From positions 1-34,574 of the forward strand of contig CAIVQM010000017.1 of NCBI GenBank assembly GCA_903908025.1: DNA of 34,574 nucleotides. Direction: 5' to 3'. Shown in pieces: positions 25,751 through 34,574 of this stretch. Numbering within the stretch: the first letter of the stretch is position 1; each line of letters begins with the position of its first letter. Origin of the DNA: an uncultured bacterium. GTDB lineage: Bacteria > Actinomycetota > Actinomycetes > S36-B12. The translations under genes were made by a program, and so were the position numbers. The notes under the pieces were generated by a model that saw only the letters and a program-made list of their open reading frames with translations, was not told the origin of the DNA and did not search any database.

Positions 25751-27221
25751 CCGCCTCGAGTTCGGGTGCCAGGAACCGGTCGGGCCCAAGCCCGGGAACC
25801 GTCTCGCGGAGGCGAGCGATCGCGGCCGCCGTGGCAGGGGCCGGCGTCAGAGGCGCACGGAGGTCGATCGCGCGGGCCGACGCAACGAGCTCGATGGCGA
25901 GGATGTCGGCGAGGTTGGCGATCGCGAGCCGGAGCTTGCGCGCGGCATGCCACCCCATCGACACGTGGTCCTCCTGCATCCCGGAACTCGGGATGGAGTC
26001 GACGCTCGCGGGGACGGCCAGCCGCTTGTTCTCGCTGACGAGTCCGGCCTGCGTGTACTGCGCGATCATCAGTCCACTGTCGACTCCAGGATCATGCGCA
26101 AGGAATGGCGGCAGCCCATGGCTGCGGTTCTTGTCGAGCATGCGATCGGTGCGCCGCTCCGACATCGACCCGAGATCGGCCACCGCGATGGCGAGGAAGT
26201 CCAGTACGTAACCGACGGGGGCACCGTGGAAGTTGCCATTGCTTGAGATGGTGCCATCGGGAAGCACGACCGGGTTGTCGATCGATGCCTGCAGTTCGCG
26301 ACCAGCGACCAGACGCGCGTGCGTGATGGTGTCGCGCACAGCGCCAGTGACCTGAGGTGCGCAGCGCAGTGAGTAGGCATCCTGCACGCGGTCGTCGCCC
26401 ACCTTGTGTGATGCGACGATCGCGGAACCCGCGAGGAAGCCGAGCATGTTGGCGGCGCTGACCGCCTGACCGGGGTGCGGCCGAAGCTCGGTATGCAGGT
26501 CGGCGTGGAAGACGGCATCGGTGCCCAGCAGTCCCTCGACGCTCATCGAAGCGGTCAGGTCGGCGACATCGCAGAGGTGCTCGAGGTCGTCGATGGCCAT
26601 GAGCAGCATGCCGAGCATTCCGTCGGTGCCGTTGATGAGGGCCAGGCCCTCCTTCTCACGAAGTTCGACGGGCTCAATTCCTGCGGCGGCAAGCAGTTCC
26701 GGAACGGGGCGCTCGATACCGTCGCTGTCCGTCGCCCGACCCTCGCCCATGAGGACGAGCGCGCAGTGGGCGAGCGGCGCGAGGTCACCGCTGCAGCCGA
26801 GTGATCCGTACTCGTGGACCACGGGCGTGATACCGGCATTGAGCAGCGCGGCCATGGTCTGGGCCACGAGGGGACGAGCGCCCGTGCGACCGCTGGCGAG
26901 GGTCTTGAGTCGTAGCAGCATCAGGGCGCGCACGACTTCGCGCTCGACGGGCGCCCCCATGCCGGCGGCATGCGATCGGACGAGTGACCGCTGCAGGTGC
27001 ACGCGACTCTCCGCGGGGATGTGCCGGTTGGCCAGTGCGCCGAACCCGGTGGAGATGCCGTAGACGGGCTCAGGGGAGTTGGCGAGGGCATCAACCTGCG
27101 CGCGCGAGGCAGACATCGCGGCGATCGACTCGTCGGAGATCGTGACGGTTGCGCCCTCGCGGGCCGCGGCGATCACATCGTCGAGGGTCATTCCGGACGT
27201 GCGGATGCTGACTGTCGTCAT
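25698..27221 (-). CDS. hutH: Histidine ammonia-lyase
   Basis: 507 aa of the aromatic amino acid lyase family, with the MIO-region motif [18 protein letters not shown] overlap with the hutI stop. Confidence 0.9.
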   Translation of the reverse strand: MTTVSIRTSGMTLDDVIAAAREGATVTISDESIAAMSASRAQVDALANSPEPVYGISTGFGALANRHIPAESRVHLQRSLVRSHAAGMGAPVEREVVRALMLLRLKTLASGRTGARPLVAQTMAALLNAGITPVVHEYGSLGCSGDLAPLAHCALVLMGEGRATDSDGIERPVPELLAAAGIEPVELREKEGLALINGTDGMLGMLLMAIDDLEHLCDVADLTASMSVEGLLGTDAVFHADLHTELRPHPGQAVSAANMLGFLAGSAIVASHKVGDDRVQDAYSLRCAPQVTGAVRDTITHARLVAGRELQASIDNPVVLPDGTISSNGNFHGAPVGYVLDFLAIAVADLGSMSERRTDRMLDKNRSHGLPPFLAHDPGVDSGLMIAQYTQAGLVSENKRLAVPASVDSIPSSGMQEDHVSMGWHAARKLRLAIANLADILAIELVASARAIDLRAPLTPAPATAAAIARLRETVPGLGPDRFLAPELEAATELVWDRSLAAAAGSR

Positions 27222-28399
27222 GGGCCGACCTTAGGGGCGATAGGCGAACGCCAGACGCGATCGATGAGATCGACGCCGGGGCGGTAGGCCAGGTGGATGT
27301 GACTGGGCGCATTGAGACTGATGAGATCCGCACGTGCACCGGGGACGACTCGGCCGATGTCACTGCGTCGAAGTGCCCGAGCGCCGCCGGCGGTGGCGGC
27401 CCAGACGGCCTCGTCAGGTGTCAGGTGCATGTCTCGCACTGCGACGGCAATGCAGAAGGGCATGCTCGTCGTGTAGCTCGACCCGGGATTGCAGTCGGTG
27501 GCGACGGCGACGACGACACCAGCGTCGATCATGCGTCGCGCATCCGGATACGGGGATCGGGTGGAGAATTCCGCTCCTGGCAGGAGAGTGGCCACGGTGT
27601 TGCTGCCGGCTAGGAGTGCGAGATCTTCGTCGCTTGCGTAGGTGCAGTGGTCGGCCGAGGCTGCGTCGACCTCAACGGCCACGCGAATGCCGTCACCGTG
27701 CTGCAACTGGTTCGCATGGATGCGCGGCAGCAGGCCACGTTGCCTGCCCGCGTGCAGGATCTCGCGCGCCTGGTCAGCATCGAAGGCCCCGCGATCGCAG
27801 AACACGTCGATCCAGCGGGCGTAGGGCGCGCAGGCGTCGAGCATCTCGCCGGTGACGAGGGCGACGTAGCCATCGGGATCGTCTGAGTACTCCGCGGGGA
27901 CGACGTGTGCGCCGAGGTAGGTGGTCTCGTCCGTGAACTCACGGGCAATCCGCAGCGCGCGGGCCTCATCGTCGGTCGTGAGCCCGTAGCCCGACTTGGC
28001 CTCGAAGGTCGTGATGCCGGCACGCAGGAACTCGCCCGCCAAAGCGTCAACCCGTGCCCGCAGATCGTCGTCGCTTGCTGCACGCGTGTGCGCGACGGTG
28101 CTGCGGATGCCACCAGCCGAGTACGCCTGGCCGGCCATTCGCGCCGCGAACTCCGGTGCGCGATCGCCAGCGAACACCGGGTGGGCGTGGCTGTCGACGA
28201 AGCCGGGGAGCAGCGCACGACCGTCCAGGTCGATCACCGTGTCGGTCGCGTCGAGCTGCGACGCCGGGCCGACCCACGTGATGAGACCGTCTTTCATGAC
28301 GACGGCTGCATCCGTGATGAGGCCGAGTGGTCCGTCGCCAGCATCCGGGTCGTTGGTGACAAGCGACCCGATGTTCGTCAGTGCGGTGGTGTCAGACAC
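27218..28399 (-). CDS. hutI: Imidazolonepropionase
   Basis: Amidohydrolase fold with [10 protein letters not shown] and a later HCTY / DCNPGS. The track ORF extends to 28606, but GTG 28399 ([17 protein letters not shown]...) gives the family-typical ~393 aa and an 8-nt overlap with the hutU stop. Confidence 0.85.
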   Translation of the reverse strand: MSDTTALTNIGSLVTNDPDAGDGPLGLITDAAVVMKDGLITWVGPASQLDATDTVIDLDGRALLPGFVDSHAHPVFAGDRAPEFAARMAGQAYSAGGIRSTVAHTRAASDDDLRARVDALAGEFLRAGITTFEAKSGYGLTTDDEARALRIAREFTDETTYLGAHVVPAEYSDDPDGYVALVTGEMLDACAPYARWIDVFCDRGAFDADQAREILHAGRQRGLLPRIHANQLQHGDGIRVAVEVDAASADHCTYASDEDLALLAGSNTVATLLPGAEFSTRSPYPDARRMIDAGVVVAVATDCNPGSSYTTSMPFCIAVAVRDMHLTPDEAVWAATAGGARALRRSDIGRVVPGARADLISLNAPSHIHLAYRPGVDLIDRVWRSPIAPKVGP

Positions 28400-30068
28400 C
28401 TTCAGTGTCCAGCATCGGCACATGCACGTGCCGCTCGCGCGCAACGTCGATGGCCTCGTCGTAACCGGCATCGACGTGGCGGATGACGCCCATGCCGGGA
28501 TCGTTCGTGAGAACACGTGCGAGCTTCTGCGCGGCGAGCGGAGTTCCGTCAGCAACGCTGACCTGTCCGGCGTGGATCGAGCGCCCGATGCCGACGCCAC
28601 CACCATGGTGGATCGAGACCCATGACGCGCCGGACGAGATGTTGATCATGGCGTTGAGGAGCGGCCAGTCAGCGATCGCATCGGAACCATCGAGCATCGA
28701 CTCCGACTCGCGGTAGGGGGAAGCGACCGAGCCGCAGTCGAGGTGGTCGCGGCCGATCACGATCGGGGCGCTGACCTCGCCGTTGGCGACAAGATCGTTG
28801 AAAGCGAGCCCTGCCTTGTCACGCTCGCCGTAGCCGAGCCAGCAGATGCGCGCGGGCAGTCCCTGGAACGCGACGCGCTCCTGCGCCATCGTGATCCAGC
28901 GGTGGAGGTGCTCGTTGTCCGGGAAGAGCTCGAGGACGGCGCGATCGGTGCGGGCGATGTCCTTGGGGTCTCCGGAGAGGGCAGCCCAGCGGAATGGGCC
29001 CTTACCCTCGCAGAACAGCGGGCGGATGTAGGCGGGGATGAAGCCGGGGAAGGCGAAGGCCCGGTCGTAGCCACCCTTGCGCGCCTCATCGCGGATCGAG
29101 TTGCCGTAGTCGAAGACCTCGGCGCCCTTGTCCATGAAGCCGACCATCGCCTCGACATGCTTGGCCATCGATGCCTGTGCGCGGTCGGTGAACTCCTCGG
29201 GCTTCTTGTCCGCGTACTCGCGGGCATCGTCGAAATCGATGCCTTCGGGGATGTAGTACAAGGGGTCGTGCGCGGACGTCTGGTCGGTGACGATGTCAAT
29301 CGGCACGTCGCGTCGCAGCAACTCCGGCAGCAGGGTCGCGGCATTGCCGACGAGTCCGACGGAGACCGCCTTGCGCTGCGCCTTGTAAGCGAGGACGCGA
29401 TCGATGGCGTCGTCTAGGTTGTCGGCGATCTCGTCGAGGTATCGGTTCTCGACGCGACGCTGGAGCCGCGTCGGGTCGACGTCGATCATCAGGCAGACGC
29501 CCTCGTTCATCGTCACCGCCAGCGGCTGGGCGCCACCCATCCCGCCGCAGCCGGCGGTGACCGTCAGCGTGCCGGCGAGGGTTCCGCCGAAGCGCTTCGC
29601 TGCCACGGCCGCGAAGGTCTCGTAGGTGCCCTGCAGGATCCCCTGCGTGCCGATGTAGATCCACGAGCCCGCGGTCATCTGGCCGTACATGGTCAGGCCG
29701 AGGTGCTCGAGGCGGCGGAACTCCGGCCAGGTGGCCCAGTCGCCGACGAGATTGGAGTTGGCGAGGATGACGCGCGGGGCCCACTCGTGGGTCTGGAACA
29801 CGCCGACCGGCTTGCCGGACTGCACCAGCATCGTCTCGTCGTCCTTGAGATTGGTCAGGGTGCGGACCATGGCGTCGAAGCTGGCCCAGTTGCGCGCCGC
29901 CTTGCCGGTGCCGCCGTAGACGACGAGCTCATCGGGATGCTCGGCCACCTCGGGGTCGAGGTTGTTCATCAGCATCCGCAGTGCGGCTTCCTGCGGCCAG
30001 CCCTGCGCGGTGAGGGTGTTGCCGCGGGCGGCGCGGACGGGGCGGGGTCCGGACGTAGTCATGGTCAT
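28392..30068 (-). CDS. hutU: Urocanate hydratase
   Basis: 558 aa, the typical urocanase length. Contains [15 protein letters not shown] and other conserved blocks ([15 protein letters not shown]). Confidence 0.93.
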   Translation of the reverse strand: MTMTTSGPRPVRAARGNTLTAQGWPQEAALRMLMNNLDPEVAEHPDELVVYGGTGKAARNWASFDAMVRTLTNLKDDETMLVQSGKPVGVFQTHEWAPRVILANSNLVGDWATWPEFRRLEHLGLTMYGQMTAGSWIYIGTQGILQGTYETFAAVAAKRFGGTLAGTLTVTAGCGGMGGAQPLAVTMNEGVCLMIDVDPTRLQRRVENRYLDEIADNLDDAIDRVLAYKAQRKAVSVGLVGNAATLLPELLRRDVPIDIVTDQTSAHDPLYYIPEGIDFDDAREYADKKPEEFTDRAQASMAKHVEAMVGFMDKGAEVFDYGNSIRDEARKGGYDRAFAFPGFIPAYIRPLFCEGKGPFRWAALSGDPKDIARTDRAVLELFPDNEHLHRWITMAQERVAFQGLPARICWLGYGERDKAGLAFNDLVANGEVSAPIVIGRDHLDCGSVASPYRESESMLDGSDAIADWPLLNAMINISSGASWVSIHHGGGVGIGRSIHAGQVSVADGTPLAAQKLARVLTNDPGMGVIRHVDAGYDEAIDVARERHVHVPMLDTEGV

Positions 30069-30149
30069 GGCGTCATTCCATCGGCCCAGCGGCCGAGGGG
30101 GAATACGCTGGCGCTCTTCTGAGTCTGAAATACGAGATTGAGGGCAGCC

Positions 30150-30920
30150 ATGTCAGGCAATGCACCGGCCGCGACCCGGGCCCTGTCGGCCCTGCGGCTG
30201 CTCGCGGCGGCGCCGGGCCCGGTGACAGCAGCCGCGCTGGCCCGTCAGCTGGGCATTCCGCGGTCCTCGACCTTCCACCTGCTCGCGGCGATGTCGGCGG
30301 CCGGCTTCGTGACCCACTACCCCGAGGAGGAGCGGTGGGGACTGGGCGTGGCGGCCTTCGAGGTCGGTGCCGCCTATCTGCGCCATGATCCGCTCGAACG
30401 GCTTGGCCGGCCGCTCCTGAACCGACTCGGGCACGACGTGGCAGCCCTTGTCCCGGCGGTCGCGCACCTCGGCGTCCTGCATGGCCGAGAGACGCTGTAC
30501 CTGGTGCGGGAGTCGCCCGCGACCCCGGTCACGGTCGTCGTGGACGTCGGCGTGCGCCTCCCCGCCGCGCTGACAGCAAGTGGCCGAGCCATGCTGGCCG
30601 AGCTGCCGGCGGCGCAGCTTCGGGCCCTCTTCCCCACGAAGGACGCATTCGTCGATCGGACGGGCGCCGGACCGACGTCCATGACCGCACTGACCCGCCT
30701 ATTGGCCGTCGAGCGGGCCCGCCATTGGTCGGAGGAGGACGGCTTCGTCGCCCCGGGGTTCGCATCGGTCGCGGCCGCCGCGCTTGATCGTTCCGGCCGA
30801 CCCGTGGCCTCGATCGGACTAACGTTTCGGTCGGAGCGAGCGGACGGCCCCTTGCGCGTCGAACTCGCTCGCGCGGCCATGCGGACGGCACGTGAGCTGT
30901 CTCGACGATTGGGAGCCTGA
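30150..30920 (+). CDS. IclR family transcriptional regulator (HutR-like by position)
   Basis: N-terminal wHTH ([19 protein letters not shown]) and a C-terminal IclR effector domain. Divergent from hutUIH. ATG 30150 has gaggg 6 nt upstream; the track start is TTG 30138. Confidence 0.8.
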   Translation: MSGNAPAATRALSALRLLAAAPGPVTAAALARQLGIPRSSTFHLLAAMSAAGFVTHYPEEERWGLGVAAFEVGAAYLRHDPLERLGRPLLNRLGHDVAALVPAVAHLGVLHGRETLYLVRESPATPVTVVVDVGVRLPAALTASGRAMLAELPAAQLRALFPTKDAFVDRTGAGPTSMTALTRLLAVERARHWSEEDGFVAPGFASVAAAALDRSGRPVASIGLTFRSERADGPLRVELARAAMRTARELSRRLGA

Positions 30921-31954
30921 TGTCGGACGGATACATCCTCGATACCTGGTACGTCGCGGCGTGGAGCACCGAAGTCGAGCGCACTCCTGTGCGCCGCGTC
31001 ATCTGCGAACTGCCGGTCGTCCTCTTCCGTACGCGCGCGGGTGCTGCGGTGGCGTTGGCCGATCGGTGCGCACACCGCGCGTACCCGCTTTCGGCCGGCC
31101 AGGTCATCGATGACGGAATCCAATGTGGATACCACGGCTTCGAGTTCGGCGCGGATGGCGCGTGCACGCGCATCCCGGCGCAGGCGATCATTCCGCCGCG
31201 TACACGTGTGTCCTCCTACGCCGTCGTCGAGAAGGACGGCTGGATCTGGGTCTGGCTCGGTGACCAGGACCGCGCGGACATCTCGCGAGTGCCCGACACC
31301 CATTACATGAATGATCCCGGCTGGGTCACCGTCACGCACTCGTTCCCCTTCGAATGTCGTGCCGAACTGATCAACGACAACCTTCTGGACCTCACACACG
31401 AGTCCTTCATCCATGTCACGACGGTGGGCGACGACTACATCTACGAGCACGGCCTGACCGTCACCGTCGAAGGCGATGTGGTGACGGCTGATCGGCTGAT
31501 GCCCGGTGTCGAGGCGCCGCCGCTGTACGCGAAGACGATGGCCACTGAGGGTCTCTACGACCGCTTCCACGCGACCGAGTTCCACGTCCCGAGTTTCCAC
31601 ATCCTGCACTCCGGCATCACTGCCCAGGGCCGACCGCGTGCGGAGGGCTACCTCATCAAGGTGCTCAACGGGATCACGCCGATCGATGCCCATAACAGTT
31701 GGTACTACTACGCCTTCTGCCGGAACTTCGGGATGGACTCTGTCGAGGCGACGGCCGACCTGGTCGAGGGTCTGCGGACCGTGCTGCAGGAGGATGCCGA
31801 TGCGCTTCGCCTGCAGGAGCAGGGGATGCAGGAACGTGCTCCGGGAGAGGCCGATGTGCTGATCGGTCAGGATGCGGGCATCGCGAAGGCCCGCAGGATC
31901 ACCGAACGCCTGCTCGCTGCTGAGCAGGACCGCCGGCAGGCGCTGACGATATGA
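30920..31954 (+). CDS. Rieske [2Fe-2S] non-heme iron oxygenase, VanA/phthalate-family (alpha subunit only)
   Basis: Rieske motif CAHRAYPL...CGYHGFEF (31067-31135) and mononuclear-iron motif NDNLLDLTHESFIH. The start overlaps the IclR stop (TGATG) and the stop overlaps the hutG start (ATGA). Confidence 0.85.
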   Translation: MSDGYILDTWYVAAWSTEVERTPVRRVICELPVVLFRTRAGAAVALADRCAHRAYPLSAGQVIDDGIQCGYHGFEFGADGACTRIPAQAIIPPRTRVSSYAVVEKDGWIWVWLGDQDRADISRVPDTHYMNDPGWVTVTHSFPFECRAELINDNLLDLTHESFIHVTTVGDDYIYEHGLTVTVEGDVVTADRLMPGVEAPPLYAKTMATEGLYDRFHATEFHVPSFHILHSGITAQGRPRAEGYLIKVLNGITPIDAHNSWYYYAFCRNFGMDSVEATADLVEGLRTVLQEDADALRLQEQGMQERAPGEADVLIGQDAGIAKARRITERLLAAEQDRRQALTI

Positions 31955-32850
31955 GTGTCTCGGAGGATCCCCTGTGGCCGCGGGCCAGCGGCTGGCTCAC
32001 CCCTGGTGACGGTCCGTGCGACGTCATGCTGCTTGGCGTGCCGGCGAACCGGACGTCCATCAGTGCAACGGGTGCGGATACGACGCCGGCCGCGATCAGG
32101 ACGGCCCTCACTCGGTACTCGACGTACTCCTGGGCGCACGACATCGACCTTGCCAGCCTGCACGCGTTGGATGCCGGTGATGTCGAAGGACCGGACGGGC
32201 CCGAGGGTGAAGCACGCGTCACGAGCCGCGTTCGCGAACTCGTCGAGCGAGCTCGGCTGCTCGTCGCACTCGGCGGAGACAACTCGATCACGTACTCCGT
32301 CGCTCGCGGTGTCTTCGCCGATGACGTGGCATCGGGTGGGCTGATCACCCTGGACGCCCACCACGACCTGCGCGACGGGGTGAGCAACGGTTCGCCCGTC
32401 CGACGGCTGGTGGCAGCCGGACTGGCCGGGGCGAACATCGTGCAGATCGGCATCGCCGACTTCTCCAACTCACGCGAGTACGCGGCCCGGGCGCGCGATC
32501 TGGGCATCACGGTCGTCACGCGCGATGCGCTGCGTCGTCGGCCCATCTCCGATGCGATGTCCGAGGCACTCGCGATCGCCGGTGGCGGGGGCGGTCCGAT
32601 CCACGTCGACCTCGATGTCGATGTCTGCGACCGCTCGGTGGTGCCCGGCTGCCCGGCGGCGGCCCCCGGTGGGCTGACGGCTGACGAACTCCGGCAGGTG
32701 GCCTTCCAAGCGGGCCGATCCCCGAGAGTGCATTCCCTGGACATCACCGAGATCGATGCCAGCGCGGATGCGCCGGACCAGCGCACCGTCCGGCTGGGGG
32801 CGCTGCTGGTGCTCGAGGCCGCCTGCGGCCTGGCCGCCCGCCCGCTCTGA
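31951..32850 (+). CDS. hutG: Formimidoylglutamase / ureohydrolase (arginase) family protein
   Basis: 299 aa with the Mn-binding blocks GGDNSITY, LDAHHDLRD and HVDLDVDVCD of the arginase fold. The hut context suggests formimidoylglutamase. Confidence 0.75.
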   Translation: MSVSEDPLWPRASGWLTPGDGPCDVMLLGVPANRTSISATGADTTPAAIRTALTRYSTYSWAHDIDLASLHALDAGDVEGPDGPEGEARVTSRVRELVERARLLVALGGDNSITYSVARGVFADDVASGGLITLDAHHDLRDGVSNGSPVRRLVAAGLAGANIVQIGIADFSNSREYAARARDLGITVVTRDALRRRPISDAMSEALAIAGGGGGPIHVDLDVDVCDRSVVPGCPAAAPGGLTADELRQVAFQAGRSPRVHSLDITEIDASADAPDQRTVRLGALLVLEAACGLAARPL

Positions 32851-32853
32851 CCC

Positions 32854-32915
32854 GTTGAGAGGCGGGCTGTGGGGGCTGAGGCGGCCCGATTCTCCCCCAC
32901 AACCCGCCACTCAAC
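32854..32915. terminator. Long imperfect hairpin downstream of hutG (probable terminator or structured element)
   Basis: gttgagaggcgggctgtggggg (32854-32875) versus cccccacaacccgccactcaac (32894-32915): 20 of 22 positions complementary, with an 18-nt loop. No U-tract follows. Confidence 0.45.
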
Positions 32916-32987
32916 GTGCGGCAGGAGTGACGTAGGTCACACTTCTGGCTGGAATGCCCGCGCCCGATGTCCCGTTGCAATGGTTAG

Positions 32988-34574
<1,587 letters not shown>

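Noticed and set aside
30374-31693. 439-aa minus-strand ORF, and likewise 31899..32900 (333 aa)
   Set aside because: They are antisense to the IclR, Rieske and hutG genes, all of which carry diagnostic motifs. These are shadow ORFs.

Overview
This is a dense, high-GC, actinobacterial-type chromosomal window with very little non-coding DNA. All calls come from reading the translated ORFs and the raw sequence; no database searches were run.

Contents from left to right:
- A P2-type cation P-type ATPase.
- A ~2.9 kb islet bounded by ~54-nt direct repeats, ending next to a tRNA-Gly(CCC). It carries a divergently transcribed pair: a class-II Fic (AMPylase-like) gene and an AAA ATPase/DUF4143 (PD-(D/E)xK-like) gene. 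No recombinase is present.
- Housekeeping genes: an M23-like secreted protein, dcd, a phosphoribosyltransferase and a DUF2182-like membrane protein.
- A ~12.6 kb molybdenum-cofactor plus form-I aerobic CO dehydrogenase supercluster: mocA, xdhC, moaE, moaA, a P-loop protein, moaD, coxG, coxM-S-L, an XdhC-YHS fusion, coxD, coxE, moaC, moaB and a yciO-like gene.
- A membrane HdrD/GlpC-like Fe-S oxidoreductase and an O-antigen-ligase-like protein.
- A histidine-utilisation locus: hutU-hutI-hutH, divergent from an IclR regulator, a Rieske oxygenase and hutG.
- The first 491 codons of dnaK with a HAIR-like operator. dnaK is missing from the supplied ORF track because it runs off the window end.

Best candidate for something undescribed: the repeat-bounded Fic / AAA-DUF4143 cassette with its att-like repeat architecture. 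Secondary points of interest:
- the YHS metal-binding domain fused to the cox-linked XdhC chaperone;
- a YciO-family gene translationally coupled to the end of the cox-moa operon;
- a Rieske oxygenase wedged between the hut regulator and hutG.
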